Positions 41,820-53,341 are shown, counted from the stretch's first letter. The stretch is 64,000 nt of DNA from an uncultured delta proteobacterium (GCA_963753975.1 CAVWEH010000001.1:1-64000); one strand, 5' to 3'. Notes: generated by a model from the sequence alone, not told the origin. Numbers and translations are program-made.

Positions 41820-42878
41820 ATGAGCGCAAACGAAAAAAATATTTCAGGAACAATATTGAGAATACAGCGCATGTCCACCGAGGATGGACCGGGCATCAGG
41901 AGTACTATCTTCTTCAAAGGTTGTCCGCTTTCGTGCGTCTGGTGTCATAATCCGGAAAGCATCTCACCCAAAATACAGGTGCATTGGGAAAAGACCAGGT
42001 GCCTTGGCTGCATGGGTTGTATAGAAGCATGCGTAAAAGGATCTTTGGCGATGGCCCAATCCGGCATTGTTATCGATCGGCTGACGTGCGACTCCTGCGC
42101 TACATGTGTTGTGGCCTGCCCGTCAACAGCCATGGATATCTACGGAGAAGACTGCAAGCCCAATGATCTGGCGCGTGAAGTTATGAAAGATAAGGTATAT
42201 TTCCAGAAGTCAGGGGGTGGAGTGACATTATCGGGCGGCGAACCGACTATGCAGCCGCTTTTTGCCAGAGAGCTGCTTTCCGCTTTCAGGAAGAGTGGCC
42301 TCCATACAGCTCTGGATACCTGCGGACAATGTTCGTGGGAAACCCTGGAGGAACTCCTGCCATATACGGATATGGTTATGTATGATCTCAAGGAGATCGA
42401 TCCCGACAAGCATAAAAAATTCACCGGAATTTCCAATACCAGAATATTCGAAAATCTTACCTCGCTTGGTCGCTTTATGAAGGAGCGCGGCATGCCCGGC
42501 GAGCTCTGGATTCGCACACCTTTGATACCGGATTGCACAGCCACACGAGAGAACATCACGGGTATCGGCGTCTTTATTAAAGAACACCTGGGAGAAATTG
42601 TCGGCAGATGGGAGCTTTGTACCTTCAATAATCTGTGCACTCATAAATACGAGAGTTTGGGAATCGATTGGGCATTTAAAAGAACGGGCCTGATTTCCCC
42701 CGAAGAAGCTGGAAACATGGCTTTATTGGCCCGGGATTCGGGGGTCGAAACCGGGATCGTTCACGTAAGCGGACCCATGAGAAATACAGACTCGGCTGAA
42801 TCTATGGGAGACGCATCTGATAAAAGTGTTATAAATAATAATTCCCGCGAATGGAAAAGTGAGGAAGGTTACGCATGA
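41820..42878 (+). CDS. Glycyl-radical enzyme activating enzyme (radical SAM with ferredoxin insert)
   Basis: DGPGIRSTIFFKGCPLSCVWCHNPE, two CxxCxxCxxxC motifs, SGGEP. Confidence 0.95.
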   Translation: MSANEKNISGTILRIQRMSTEDGPGIRSTIFFKGCPLSCVWCHNPESISPKIQVHWEKTRCLGCMGCIEACVKGSLAMAQSGIVIDRLTCDSCATCVVACPSTAMDIYGEDCKPNDLAREVMKDKVYFQKSGGGVTLSGGEPTMQPLFARELLSAFRKSGLHTALDTCGQCSWETLEELLPYTDMVMYDLKEIDPDKHKKFTGISNTRIFENLTSLGRFMKERGMPGELWIRTPLIPDCTATRENITGIGVFIKEHLGEIVGRWELCTFNNLCTHKYESLGIDWAFKRTGLISPEEAGNMALLARDSGVETGIVHVSGPMRNTDSAESMGDASDKSVINNNSREWKSEEGYA

Positions 42879-43726
42879 AAAAGAAATTAACGCGCTTCGA
42901 TGAAGAAGATCTGAAACATTTTGAACCCGAAGCCAAGGTGGGGTTGATCGCTACAGTAAATCCGAAAGGTCTGCCCCATATAACCCTCATCACAGCCCTG
43001 CAGGCAAAAACTCCAACCAAACTCATCTGGGGTCAATTTTCGGAAGGACAAAGCAAACAGAATGTGAAGACCAACCCTAAGACGGGCTTTCTTATCATGA
43101 CTTTGGATAGAAACCTTTGGCGGGGCAAGGCTATGTGGACAGGAAAGACTACCCATGGTGAAGATTATGAGATGTTCAACAACAAGCCCATGTTCCGGTA
43201 CAACGCCTACTTCGGTATTCACACTGTGCACTATATGGATCTTGTGGAGACTTATGGCCGGGAGTCTTTGCCCCTGGCAAGGATCGCTATGGGATCAATT
43301 CTGACGATGATCTCAAAGTCCGCCGCCAGGCAAAAAAACAGCATCCAGCGCATCTTAAAACCTTGGGCTGAAGGGTTGTTCAACCGTTTAGATTCTATCA
43401 AATTTCTCTCTTATATCGACAATGACGGTTTCCCTGTCCTTATACCGCTTATTCAGTGTCAGGCGGCAGACAGCACAAAGCTGGCCTTCTCCTCTCTGGC
43501 CTATACGGACGAGTTAAACGCTCTGCGGCAGGATTCATCCGTTGCTGTATTCGGCCTCACCCTAGACATGGAGGATGTTCTGGTTCAGGGTATTTTTACC
43601 GGATTTAAGAGACACCGGGGGGTCACACTGGGATGCGTGGATATTGATTGGGTCTATAATTCCATGCCGCCGAAACCCGGACAGATTTACCCTGCCCAAG
43701 AGCTCAGGGCAGTGGTTAACTTCTAG
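42875..43726 (+). CDS. Tandem pyridoxamine-5'-phosphate-oxidase-like (FMN split-barrel) protein
   Basis: LIATVNPKGLPHIT and repeat FLSYIDNDGFPVLIP; QNVKTNPK. ATGA overlap with the activase gene. Confidence 0.7.
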   Translation: MKKKLTRFDEEDLKHFEPEAKVGLIATVNPKGLPHITLITALQAKTPTKLIWGQFSEGQSKQNVKTNPKTGFLIMTLDRNLWRGKAMWTGKTTHGEDYEMFNNKPMFRYNAYFGIHTVHYMDLVETYGRESLPLARIAMGSILTMISKSAARQKNSIQRILKPWAEGLFNRLDSIKFLSYIDNDGFPVLIPLIQCQAADSTKLAFSSLAYTDELNALRQDSSVAVFGLTLDMEDVLVQGIFTGFKRHRGVTLGCVDIDWVYNSMPPKPGQIYPAQELRAVVNF

Positions 43727-43779
43727 CAGAAGGAAATCAGGCCGTATCGGGACAATGAAATGTACTCTGCTGAACAAAA

Positions 43780-44709
43780 TTAGATATTGAGTAGTTTTTT
43801 CGCGTTCGCGCCGAGGAGCATTTCAATTTCGCTGGCGGTAAATTTTGTATGATCCGGCGCTTTCGTTGCCAAATCCTTTATAGCCGTAACAAAATCTTTT
43901 TCCGATAGCACGCTCCATGTATAGGGACTATCCGTGCCGAACAAAACTCTTTCCGGTCCGAAAGCATCCGCTACTTCCCTTATAATTCGGGCGAATTTCG
44001 GATAATCCGTTTTGGCCATATCCTGCGCAACGGAAATATCGGTATAGAGGTTTGGCCTTTGCCACCCAAAGGAACAAAGCTGTGGCCGGTATCCATAAGC
44101 CATATGGGCGGCGATGACATTAACTTCCGGAAAGCTCAGCAGCATTTTATCCAGATAAATCGGATCGCCGTATCTGCTGGATGTGGGAACGATACTGGGG
44201 CCGGTATGAGTTATCACCGGAATCCCATAATCCGCGATTGATTCAATCAGTTTTAGCGTTGCCGATTCCTCCGGATTGAATCCGGCGCCCGGATGCAGTT
44301 TTAATCCTTTTGCCCCCCATTCCTCAACACATTTCTGAACAAACTTTATGGCGCCTCGCCTGCGGGGATCGATATGCACAAAAGGAATAATTTTATCCGG
44401 ATATTTTTTCGCGGCCTGGAAAATAATTTTGTTTTGTTCTTCGATGCAAACTTCCGGTTCTCCCGTTAAAAGGCCGGTGTCAAAAAGAAAAACAACCGTC
44501 TTATCAATGCCGGCTTGCTCCATTTGCTCCAAATGCTTTTCACCGTCGGTATCGAAGTACTTGGGGAACACCTTGGCTTGGACATCTTCGTAAGAAAGCG
44601 GCCGGCCCATCCGCATTGTGATTTGCTGGATTATCCGGGCGTAATTTTTCCAAAAATTTTCCGAAAACCACTCTTTGGCTACAAAGTGGCGGTGAATATC
44701 AATGATCAT
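43780..44709 (-). CDS. Amidohydrolase_2 family protein
   Basis: IIDIHRH, GLKLHP, THTG, AAHM and VLFGTDSP motifs. Confidence 0.9.
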   Translation of the reverse strand: MIIDIHRHFVAKEWFSENFWKNYARIIQQITMRMGRPLSYEDVQAKVFPKYFDTDGEKHLEQMEQAGIDKTVVFLFDTGLLTGEPEVCIEEQNKIIFQAAKKYPDKIIPFVHIDPRRRGAIKFVQKCVEEWGAKGLKLHPGAGFNPEESATLKLIESIADYGIPVITHTGPSIVPTSSRYGDPIYLDKMLLSFPEVNVIAAHMAYGYRPQLCSFGWQRPNLYTDISVAQDMAKTDYPKFARIIREVADAFGPERVLFGTDSPYTWSVLSEKDFVTAIKDLATKAPDHTKFTASEIEMLLGANAKKLLNI

Positions 44710-44851
44710 TTTTTGTTTCCCTTTTCTTTTATGAATATGGAAATTTCTTTTTACTTTCTAAAACATTTGATCAGGACATACCTGCAATTCTCTTAGCTAT
44801 AAAAAAGTGTTGGATTTATTTTTTACTAATGTGACACCCCTAAAATTATTC

Positions 44852-44926
44852 TGGTAGTCCCACGGGGAGTTGAACCCCGGTTTCCGGCGTGAGAGGCCAG
44901 CGTCCTAACCACTAGACGATGGGACC
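44852..44926 (-). tRNA. tRNA-Glu (CTC)
   Basis: GGTCCCA...CT-CTC-AC...GGTTCAACTCC...GGGACTACCA cloverleaf with encoded CCA. Confidence 0.95.
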
Positions 44927-44927
44927 G

Positions 44928-45001
44928 TGGCTGGGGGACCAGGATTCGAACCTGGGTAGCAGGGTTCAGAGCCCTAAGTCCTGCCGCTAGACGATCCCCC
45001 A
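44928..45001 (-). tRNA. tRNA-Gln (CTG)
   Basis: TGGGGGA...CT-CTG-AA...GGTTCGAATCC...CCCCCAGCCA cloverleaf with encoded CCA. Confidence 0.95.
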
Positions 45002-45116
45002 GCAAAAGTGATCAATGTGAGGGCAGAGTATCTATTCAATCATATTATAAATGTCAAGACGAAATTGATATTTTCGCGAGTCTGTGGCTAGGTTAATCGG
45101 CTTTCTTTTTCCAGAA

Positions 45117-46517
45117 TTATTTTTGTGCTTCAATATAAGCCACTGCATCTTGAATCCTTTTTTCCACGCGGTCTTTGCCCAACGTAACCATCACTTCATC
45201 AATACCGGGGCTCACTGTTTTTCCGGTGAGAGCCACCCTTAGCGGCTGCGCGATAACTTTGAGTTTAATTTCCCGCTTTTGGGCAAAGGCCTTAAGAAAA
45301 TCTTCAATTTCTTCTTTGCTGAAATTTGCGAGCGTTGTGAGTCCCAAGGCAATCTCTTTTAAATAAATGCCAATAGCGGGCTGAAGAAATTTTTGCACCG
45401 CTTCTTTTTCATATTGAACTTTTTCGACAAAATAAAAACCGGCGGCATCTGCCAGCTCTATGAGCGTTTTTACCCGCGGCTGTAAATCGGCAATCACTCT
45501 CCGTACTAATTCAGCATCGGCCTTTCCTGCGGCTTCCGACCAAATAGGTTTCATCTCTTCGGAGAGGCGTTCCAGTTTTGCCTCCTTTATATAATGAGCG
45601 TTAAGCCAGAGCAGTTTTTCGGGATTGAAAACCGCGGGTGATTTGCCCACCGCTTCCAGAGAGAACACATTAATTAATTCCGCAAGTGAAAAAATTTCCT
45701 GATCGCCGTGCGCCCAGCCCAGGCGCACCAGATAATTAACGAGCGCTTCCGGCAGGTATCCCATTTCTTTATAAGCCATGACAGACGTCGCGCCGTGACG
45801 TTTACTGAGGCGCGCTTTATCGGCCCCGAGAATCATGGGTACATGGGCAAATTTTGGAACGGCAAAACCCAGAGCCTGATAGAGCAAAATCTGGCGCGGG
45901 GTATTATTGACATGGTCATCGCCGCGGATGACGTGAGTAATGTTCATGAGTGCATCATCGACGACCACGGCAAAGTTATAGGTCGGGTAGCCGTCGCTGC
46001 GTTCGATGATCAAATCATCAAGCTCTTCATTATTAAAACTGATGTTTCCTTTAATCAGATCTTCAACAATCGTCGCTCCTGTTCGCGGGCCACAAAAGCG
46101 CACAACGCTGCCCGCCGATCTACTTAATTTCTTATCACGGCACGTACCGTCGTATTTGGGTTTTTTACCTGCCGCCAGAGCCTGCTTTCTTTTTGTTTCC
46201 AATTCTTCCGGCGTGCAGGTGCAATAATAGGCTTTGCCTTCATTGATTAATTTTTGCACCATCTCCCGGTGCAAACCGACGCGCTCGGCCTGAAAATGCG
46301 GCCCTTCATTCCAGTTTAAGCCCAGCCAATTCAGAGAATCAAGGATGGCTTTTGTCGATTCGGTAGTCGAGCGCGCCTGGTCGGTATCTTCTATCCGCAA
46401 GACAAATTCGCCGCCGTGATGGCGGGTGAAAAGCCAATTAAAAAGGGCAGTTCGCGCTCCGCCAATGTGCAGAAAACCTGTAGGTGAAGGCGCAAAGCGA
46501 GTTCTAATTTTTTCCAT
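45117..46517 (-). CDS. gltX: Glutamate-tRNA ligase
   Basis: RFAPSPTGFLHIGG and LSKRHG motifs. Confidence 0.97.
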   Translation of the reverse strand: MEKIRTRFAPSPTGFLHIGGARTALFNWLFTRHHGGEFVLRIEDTDQARSTTESTKAILDSLNWLGLNWNEGPHFQAERVGLHREMVQKLINEGKAYYCTCTPEELETKRKQALAAGKKPKYDGTCRDKKLSRSAGSVVRFCGPRTGATIVEDLIKGNISFNNEELDDLIIERSDGYPTYNFAVVVDDALMNITHVIRGDDHVNNTPRQILLYQALGFAVPKFAHVPMILGADKARLSKRHGATSVMAYKEMGYLPEALVNYLVRLGWAHGDQEIFSLAELINVFSLEAVGKSPAVFNPEKLLWLNAHYIKEAKLERLSEEMKPIWSEAAGKADAELVRRVIADLQPRVKTLIELADAAGFYFVEKVQYEKEAVQKFLQPAIGIYLKEIALGLTTLANFSKEEIEDFLKAFAQKREIKLKVIAQPLRVALTGKTVSPGIDEVMVTLGKDRVEKRIQDAVAYIEAQK

Positions 46518-46676
46518 CGTTGTATTTTCCTTATTTCTTTTGGTTTTTATAAGATTGAGAGCCGTCGTTTGTCAAGCTGCAATTCCCCGAAAACGTCAAA
46601 TTATCCTTGACAAGGAAAAGATTTTATAATTTACTTCCGCACTTAATACGCTTGGCAGTATTTTGACAAGGCCAAT

Positions 46677-47228
46677 ATGGTTTCAACGACTAATTCTTTG
46701 AAAATTAATGTAGTTACGGTTCCTGAGGAAGGGTTGAATGTTGTTTTCTCTGAAGACAGTGCGTGGTTTAAGGAATGCTTTCCGGACAGTGAAACGCTTG
46801 ATTTTACTTTGCGTAAGGTGGATATAAACTGTCTCCTAACAAAAACCGCGAGCACCATTTTTATTAAAGGTAAACTTTCCGCGATTATTGATATTGATTG
46901 CAGCCGCTGTCTGGAAAAAACAAAACTTCCCCTGGGAGCCGATTTCTCTTATACATTAATTCCAGCGAAAGCCGAAAACAAAGAAGATTTAGAACTAAAA
47001 GAAGAAGAGCTGGAAATTAGCCATTACCAGGGTGATTTTATTGATTTGACGCCTATTATCTGTGAGCAAATAATTTTGCAAATACCGATTAAGGCGCTTT
47101 GCAGCGAAAACTGTAAAGGTTTATGTCCGCATTGCGGCACTAATTTAAATATTTGTGCCTGTAATTGCTATTTGGATTTTGCCGATAATCGTATGGCTGT
47201 ATTAAAAAATTTTAAAGTGAAAAATTAA
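46677..47228 (+). CDS. yceD: DUF177/YceD family protein
   Basis: CSRCL and [14 protein letters not shown] motifs; upstream of rpmF. Confidence 0.9.
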   Translation: MVSTTNSLKINVVTVPEEGLNVVFSEDSAWFKECFPDSETLDFTLRKVDINCLLTKTASTIFIKGKLSAIIDIDCSRCLEKTKLPLGADFSYTLIPAKAENKEDLELKEEELEISHYQGDFIDLTPIICEQIILQIPIKALCSENCKGLCPHCGTNLNICACNCYLDFADNRMAVLKNFKVKN

Positions 47229-47247
47229 TCGTAAGAAAAGGATATTT

Positions 47248-47433
47248 ATGCCAAATCCGGTAAAGAGACATTCCAAAACCAGACGCAATACAAGAAGAGC
47301 TCATGATTTCCTGAAACAGCCTTCCTTGTCTTTATGTTCGCAGTGTAATGAGCCTAAATTGCCTCATCGTGTCTGTCCTACATGCGAAACATATAGGGGC
47401 AAGGAATACAAAAAACCTGAAAAGAAAGCCTGA
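47248..47433 (+). CDS. rpmF: 50S ribosomal protein L32
   Basis: [19 protein letters not shown], CxxC...PHRVCPTC. Confidence 0.96.
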   Translation: MPNPVKRHSKTRRNTRRAHDFLKQPSLSLCSQCNEPKLPHRVCPTCETYRGKEYKKPEKKA

Positions 47434-47441
47434 TATCGGAA

Positions 47442-47573
47442 ACGAGTTCAAGAATCGCTAAAACGGCGTTTGTTTTTCCCGGACAGTGTACGCAACATGT
47501 CGGTATGGGCAGTTCGTTATTGGAGTAATTTGCGGCTGGAAGAGACGTAGTCAATCGCGTAAGTTTCGTATAG
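47442..47573 (+). pseudogene. fabD: N-terminal relic of malonyl-CoA:ACP transacylase
   Basis: Translates ...AKTAFVFPGQCTQHVGMGSSLLE*FAAGRDVVNR (cf. AFxFPGQGSQxVGMG); no start codon, internal stop. Confidence 0.8.
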
Positions 47574-47666
47574 AAAAAAATAAGGAATTATTTTGAAAAA
47601 CAATGTAAAACAAACATTATCTGGCTCAATTTTTTAGGGCACTAATAGACTGGAGGAGGATTTTGC

Positions 47667-47903
47667 ATGACATTAGAAGAGAAAGTTATTAAACTCGTGA
47701 TGGAACAACTGGATGTCACCCGGGAGGAATGCGTTCCGGAGGCTTCTTTTATTGACGATTTAGGAGCGGACTCGCTGGATCTTGTTGAGCTCATCATGGA
47801 AATGGAAGAAGTTTTCGGTATAGAGATCGCGGATGAAGAGCTGGAAAAAATTCGCACAGTTAAAGATGTTATTGAGTTCTTAAAAAGCAAAGGTATTAAT
47901 TAA
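47667..47903 (+). CDS. acpP: Acyl carrier protein
   Basis: [14 protein letters not shown] motif. Confidence 0.97.
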   Translation: MTLEEKVIKLVMEQLDVTREECVPEASFIDDLGADSLDLVELIMEMEEVFGIEIADEELEKIRTVKDVIEFLKSKGIN

Positions 47904-47930
47904 GTTTAAAAAAAGACAAGGTATAAGTTG

Positions 47931-49172
47931 ATGAAAAGGCGCGTCGTCGTAACCGGCCTCGGGGCATTGACCCCTTTGGGTAATTCCGTTCGGGAATCAT
48001 GGGCAGGTGTGATTGCGGGAAAATCCGGCATTGGCCCGATTACCAAGTTCGATTGCGCCGCTTTTAAATCCAGAATTGCGGGCGAGATAAAGAATTTCGA
48101 ACCGCTGCACTTTGTGGATAAGCAGGAAGTTCGTCGCTACGACGATTTTATTTTATACGCCCTAGCCGCTTCCACAATGGCGATGGCCGACGCAAAACTA
48201 ACAATCATTCCGGAAATTTCCGGCCGCGCCGGCGTAATAATCGGATCTGGTATCGGCGGCGTGGCCACGATGGAGAGCGAAATAAAAGTTTTATTTAATT
48301 CCGGCCCTCGCAAGATCTCCCCCTTTGCCATTCCGGCAATTTTGGCCAATTTAGCTTCCGGTCATGTTTCCATTCGCTTTGGAGCCAAAGGCCCGATCAA
48401 TTGCACCGTTACCGCTTGCGCTGCCGGAACATCGGCGATTGGCGACGCTTATAAAACCATTGCCTATGGAGATGCCGATATCATGATTACCGGCGGTGCG
48501 GAAGCGGCAATCACTCCTCTGGGAGTCGGTGGCTTTAGTGCCATGCGGGCACTATCGACGAGAAACGATGAACCGCAGAAGGCGAGCCGGCCGTTTGATC
48601 GCGGCCGCGATGGGTTTGTGATCGGAGAGGGCTGCGGGATAGTTATTTTGGAAGAATTATCATTTGCGGAGAGGCGAGGCGCACATATTTACGCAGAACT
48701 TGCAGGTTACGGCTGCACATCCGACGCTTTTCACATGGCTGCGCCGCCGCCCGGACACGAGGGAGCTGCGCGTAGCATGCAGATTGCGCTTACGGCTGCC
48801 GGTCTGAACACGACCGACATCGATTATATCAATGCCCACGGCACGTCAACGCCGCTCAATGATTTATATGAAACACAAGCCATCAAAACTCTCTTTGGGG
48901 AGCACGCCAAAAAGCTCATGGTCAGCTCCACAAAATCCATGACCGGTCACATGCTGGGCGGAACAGGAGGCGTTGAGGCTATCTTTGCCGTTAAGGCCAT
49001 ACAGGAAGGCGTTATTCCGCCGACTGTAAATCTGGATAATCCCGATCCCGAATGCGATCTTGATTATGTGCCCAACGTGGCCCGGCGGAAAAAAATTAAT
49101 ACGGCCATGTCCAATACTTTTGGTTTTGGCGGCGTCAACGCTGTTTTAGTATTTAAAAAATATATCGCTTGA
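47931..49172 (+). CDS. fabF: 3-oxoacyl-ACP synthase II
   Basis: TACAAG, NAHGTST, GHMLG and NTFGFGG motifs. Confidence 0.96.
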   Translation: MKRRVVVTGLGALTPLGNSVRESWAGVIAGKSGIGPITKFDCAAFKSRIAGEIKNFEPLHFVDKQEVRRYDDFILYALAASTMAMADAKLTIIPEISGRAGVIIGSGIGGVATMESEIKVLFNSGPRKISPFAIPAILANLASGHVSIRFGAKGPINCTVTACAAGTSAIGDAYKTIAYGDADIMITGGAEAAITPLGVGGFSAMRALSTRNDEPQKASRPFDRGRDGFVIGEGCGIVILEELSFAERRGAHIYAELAGYGCTSDAFHMAAPPPGHEGAARSMQIALTAAGLNTTDIDYINAHGTSTPLNDLYETQAIKTLFGEHAKKLMVSSTKSMTGHMLGGTGGVEAIFAVKAIQEGVIPPTVNLDNPDPECDLDYVPNVARRKKINTAMSNTFGFGGVNAVLVFKKYIA

Positions 49173-49204
49173 CAAGATAAGGTGCGAAGGAGGAATCAGT
49201 TTTC

Positions 49205-50449
49205 ATGTCTTTTTTAGAAAAAGTTGATCCGGAAATCTACCAGGCCATTAAATCGGAAACGCGCAGGCAAGCACAGAAAATCGAGCTTATCGCCTCCGAG
49301 AATTTTGTCAGCGAAGCAGTATTGGAAGCACAGGGCTCAATAATGACCAACAAGTACGCCGAAGGTTATCCCGGTAATCGTTATTATGGCGGCTGCGAGT
49401 TTGTCGATATCGTGGAAAATCTGGCAATCGAACGCTGTAAACAGCTTTTCGGTGCCGACCATGTCAATGTGCAGCCGCATTCCGGCACGCAAGCGAACAT
49501 GGCCGTATATTTCGCGGCGGTTCAGCCGGGCGACACTGTCCTGGGAATGAACCTGTCGCACGGCGGGCATTTGTCTCATGGAAGCCCGGCCAATTTTTCC
49601 GGCAAATTATATAAGATTGTCGCCTACGGCGTAAGCAGAGATACGGAAACAATCGATTTTACCGAAGTCGAAAAAGTAGCCAAGGAACATAAACCAAAGA
49701 TGATTATAGTCGGCGCCAGCGCTTATCCGCGGACGCTTGACTTTCAGAGATTCCGTAAAATCGCCGACGAAGTAGGCGCGGTAATCATGGCCGATATCGC
49801 CCATATAGCGGGCCTTGTCGTCACAGGATTGCATCCAACGCCTATACCTTTTTGCGAATATGTAACTTCCACGACGCATAAAACTTTGCGCGGACCCCGC
49901 GGCGGTTTGATTATGTGCAAAGAAGCTTATGCCAAGACTTTGAACAGCAGGGTTTTCCCGGGTTCTCAGGGCGGACCGCTGATGCATATAATAGCGGCCA
50001 AGGCCGTTGCCTTTAAAGAAGCGCTCGCGCCCGAATTTAAGGGATACCAACTACAAATCATTAAAAACGCCAAAGTGCTGGCGGACGAATTAAAGAATCA
50101 GGGTTTTCGTCTTGTTTCCGGCGGGACAGACAATCACTTGATGCTCGTTGATTTGACGGCAACAGGCGTCACGGGCAAAGATGCCCAGGAAGCTCTCGAC
50201 CGGGCGGCGATTACCGTCAATAAAAACGGCATTCCTTTTGATACGAAAGGTCCGCAAGTAACGAGTGGAATCAGAATCGGCACTCCCGCCGTGACCACCA
50301 GAGGCATGAAGGAAAACGAGATGCGCCAGATTGCTTCCTATATCGCCGAGGTAATTAAAAACATAGCCACTGAAAAGAAAATTCAGGCCGTGGCGGAAAA
50401 GGTAAAAGCCCTCTGCGTCAAATTTCCTCTTTATCAACAGAGAATTTAA
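49205..50449 (+). CDS. glyA: Serine hydroxymethyltransferase
   Basis: [13 protein letters not shown] and [12 protein letters not shown] motifs. Confidence 0.98.
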   Translation: MSFLEKVDPEIYQAIKSETRRQAQKIELIASENFVSEAVLEAQGSIMTNKYAEGYPGNRYYGGCEFVDIVENLAIERCKQLFGADHVNVQPHSGTQANMAVYFAAVQPGDTVLGMNLSHGGHLSHGSPANFSGKLYKIVAYGVSRDTETIDFTEVEKVAKEHKPKMIIVGASAYPRTLDFQRFRKIADEVGAVIMADIAHIAGLVVTGLHPTPIPFCEYVTSTTHKTLRGPRGGLIMCKEAYAKTLNSRVFPGSQGGPLMHIIAAKAVAFKEALAPEFKGYQLQIIKNAKVLADELKNQGFRLVSGGTDNHLMLVDLTATGVTGKDAQEALDRAAITVNKNGIPFDTKGPQVTSGIRIGTPAVTTRGMKENEMRQIASYIAEVIKNIATEKKIQAVAEKVKALCVKFPLYQQRI

Positions 50450-50504
50450 AGTCTATAAGCCGGCATCTGTCGGAAATTTTCAGCTTCTTGAGAGCGTGTT
50501 AACT

Positions 50505-50990
50505 ATGGCCGCAAAGAAAGTTTCTTCGGTAAATTCGCCGGAAAGAATCAATAAAAGGCCAGACTGGGATTCTTATTTTCTGGATATCGTAGACATCATA
50601 TCCCGGCGCAGTACTTGTTTGCGCCGCGCAGTGGGTGCGGGATTGGTGCGCGATCGCCGGATTCTGGCGACAGGCTATAACGGTGCGCCTTCCAAGCTCC
50701 AGCACTGTCTGGATATCGGTTGTCTGCGCGAGAAGCTCAATGTGCCTTCCGGCGAACGTCATGAGTTATGCCGCGGACTGCACGCGGAACAAAATGCCGT
50801 TATTCAGGCAGCATTGCACGGGGTAAGCGCCAAGGGATCGACACTGTATTGCACCAATCATCCCTGTGTTATTTGTGCCAAAATGATCATCAACGCCGGA
50901 GTTGTGCGTATCGTTATCCGCGAAGGCTACAGTGATAAATTGGCGGGAGAAATGCTTAGAGAAGCGGGTATTGACGTAAAACGACTCTAA
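50505..50990 (+). CDS. Deoxycytidylate deaminase family protein
   Basis: RSTCLRR, TGYNG, HAEQNA and PCVIC motifs. Confidence 0.92.
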   Translation: MAAKKVSSVNSPERINKRPDWDSYFLDIVDIISRRSTCLRRAVGAGLVRDRRILATGYNGAPSKLQHCLDIGCLREKLNVPSGERHELCRGLHAEQNAVIQAALHGVSAKGSTLYCTNHPCVICAKMIINAGVVRIVIREGYSDKLAGEMLREAGIDVKRL

Positions 50991-51020
50991 CCTTATAGAA
51001 AGAGTACGGTAACCAAGTTC

Positions 51021-51482
51021 ATGAAGTGTCCTTTTTGCGGTCATGCGGAAAACAAGGTTATTGATTCGCGGATAAGTAAGGATGGCAAGGCCATTCGCCG
51101 CCGCCGGGAATGTCTGGACTGCGCCAAGCGTTTTACCACTTATGAATTTGTTGAAGATATCCTGCCGATGGTCGTAAAAAAGGACGGTCGCCGCGAGACA
51201 TTCGACCGCATGAAGATCCGCAATGGGGTGATGAAAGCTTGCGAAAAGCGTCCGATCAGCATGGAGTCTATGGAAAAAATCGTGGAAAATGTGGAGCAGG
51301 CCTGTCAGGAATTCCAGGGCGAGGAAATTCCTTCGACGGTTATCGGAGAAAAAGTCATGAACGAACTTAAAGCTCTTGATGGCGTCGCTTATGTGCGCTT
51401 TGCCTCTGTCTACCGGCAATTCCGCGATGTCGGAGAGTTCATGACCGAATTAAAAGATTTATTGAGCAAGGGCAAAAAATAA
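51021..51482 (+). CDS. nrdR: Transcriptional repressor NrdR
   Basis: MKCPFC, IRRRREC, RFTTYE and [10 protein letters not shown] motifs. Confidence 0.97.
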   Translation: MKCPFCGHAENKVIDSRISKDGKAIRRRRECLDCAKRFTTYEFVEDILPMVVKKDGRRETFDRMKIRNGVMKACEKRPISMESMEKIVENVEQACQEFQGEEIPSTVIGEKVMNELKALDGVAYVRFASVYRQFRDVGEFMTELKDLLSKGKK

Positions 51483-51486
51483 ATTT

Positions 51487-52125
51487 ATGTTTACCGGAAT
51501 CGTGGAAGGATTGGGCAGAGTGAAGCGTCTGGCAATGAAAGGCGCCGATGCGGTTTTGGAAGTTGAGGCCTTAATCGACCTGAACGATGTGACCATCGGC
51601 GACAGCATCGCCGTAAACGGTGCTTGTCTTACCGTTACCGCTAGAAATAAAAATATTTTTAACGCCGACGTTTCCGCAGAAACACTGGATAAAACAAACC
51701 TTAACCGATTGCACGCGGGAGATAAAGTCAATCTGGAAAAATCACTGCGGGTAGGAGGCTACGTGGGCGGGCATTTTGTTTTAGGCCATATTGATGCCAC
51801 AGGCAGAATTCTTTCGCAAACGCAGAAATCCGGCTCAATCATTCTGGCTGTCGAAATCGATGATAAACTTTCGCGCTATATCGTGGAAAAGGGTTCGGTG
51901 GCCGTAGACGGCGTAAGTCTTACTGTAAACAAGCTTGAAAAAGGCCGGTTTTATGTTAATATAATCCCGCATACGGCGGATAAGACGACCATCGTGATGA
52001 AAAAAGAAGGCGATTGGGTGAACATTGAGACGGATATTCTTGGCAAATATGTGGGGAAATTATTGCAAACTCCGCGGGGAATAGATAATGATTTCTTAGC
52101 GCGGCACGGTTTTTTAGATAAGTAA
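51487..52125 (+). CDS. ribE: Riboflavin synthase (alpha chain)
   Basis: MFTGIVE, SIAVNGACLTV and GGHFVLGHID motifs. Confidence 0.96.
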   Translation: MFTGIVEGLGRVKRLAMKGADAVLEVEALIDLNDVTIGDSIAVNGACLTVTARNKNIFNADVSAETLDKTNLNRLHAGDKVNLEKSLRVGGYVGGHFVLGHIDATGRILSQTQKSGSIILAVEIDDKLSRYIVEKGSVAVDGVSLTVNKLEKGRFYVNIIPHTADKTTIVMKKEGDWVNIETDILGKYVGKLLQTPRGIDNDFLARHGFLDK

Positions 52126-52138
52126 GGATCAAAAGACA

Positions 52139-53341
52139 ATGGCAGTAAGCACTATTCGGGAAGCAATTGATGATATTCGTAGCGGGAAAATGATTATTCT
52201 CGTTGACGACGAAGACCGGGAAAATGAAGGCGATCTTTGCACGGCGGCGCAGTTTGTCTCACCGGAAACAATTAACTTCATGGCGCGTTACGGCCGCGGC
52301 TTGATATGTTTGACTCTTAATGAGGAAACGGCGGACAAATTAAAACTTCAGCCAATGGTTATAGAAAACAAAGCGCGTTTCGGAACGGCGTTTACAATTT
52401 CGATCGAAGCGCGAAGCGGCGTGACCACCGGAATTTCCGCCGCGGATAGGGCAACAACAATTAAAGCTGCCGTCAATCCGGAGGCAAAACCGGAAGATTT
52501 GGTCAGCCCCGGCCATGTGTTTCCCATCCGCGCCCGCAAAGGCGGTGTTCTGGTGCGCACCGGACAGACCGAAGGATCAGTGGATTTATGCCGTCTGGCC
52601 GGTTTGACACCCGCCGGAGTGATTTGCGAAGTCATGCGGGATGACGGCACAATGGCACGGATGCCGGATCTGGAAGTTTTTGCCCGCGAATACAACTTGA
52701 AGATAGTTACCATTGCCGATCTTATTGACTATCGGATGCAAAATGAATCGCTCATCAGAAGGGTCGCCCAGGCAACAATCCCTACCTGCTACGGCGGCGA
52801 TTTCAAAATCATCGTTTATGAAAATGACGTTGACGAAATGCAGCACATAGCTCTGGTGAAGGGTGAAATCGAGAAAGAAGACGAGGTTTTGGTGCGCGTC
52901 CATTCGGAATGTCTAACCGGTGATGTTTTTGCCTCGAAAAGGTGCGACTGCGGTGAGCAACTCCATTGCGCGATGAAAATGGTGGAAGAGGAAGGGAAAG
53001 GCGTCATCGTATACATGCGGCAGGAAGGCCGGGGAATCGGACTGGTGAATAAAATCAAAGCTTACGCTTTGCAGGAAGAAGGACATGATACGGTCGAAGC
53101 CAATATCGCTCTTGGTTTTAAGCCCGATCTAAGGGATTACGGTATCGGCGCGCAGATACTTGTTGACCTGGGGGTGCGCAGAATGCGATTGCTGACCAAT
53201 AACCCTAAGAAAATAGTCGGACTGGAAGGTTACGGAATCGAGATTACTAAAAGAATCCCCCTGGAGATACACCCGAACGACGACAACATAAGATATATGC
53301 AGACTAAACAAAAAAAGATGGGGCATCTTTTGAAAATATAA
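52139..53341 (+). CDS. ribBA: Bifunctional DHBP synthase/GTP cyclohydrolase II
   Basis: [25 protein letters not shown] and QEGRGIG motifs. Confidence 0.97.
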   Translation: MAVSTIREAIDDIRSGKMIILVDDEDRENEGDLCTAAQFVSPETINFMARYGRGLICLTLNEETADKLKLQPMVIENKARFGTAFTISIEARSGVTTGISAADRATTIKAAVNPEAKPEDLVSPGHVFPIRARKGGVLVRTGQTEGSVDLCRLAGLTPAGVICEVMRDDGTMARMPDLEVFAREYNLKIVTIADLIDYRMQNESLIRRVAQATIPTCYGGDFKIIVYENDVDEMQHIALVKGEIEKEDEVLVRVHSECLTGDVFASKRCDCGEQLHCAMKMVEEEGKGVIVYMRQEGRGIGLVNKIKAYALQEEGHDTVEANIALGFKPDLRDYGIGAQILVDLGVRRMRLLTNNPKKIVGLEGYGIEITKRIPLEIHPNDDNIRYMQTKQKKMGHLLKI

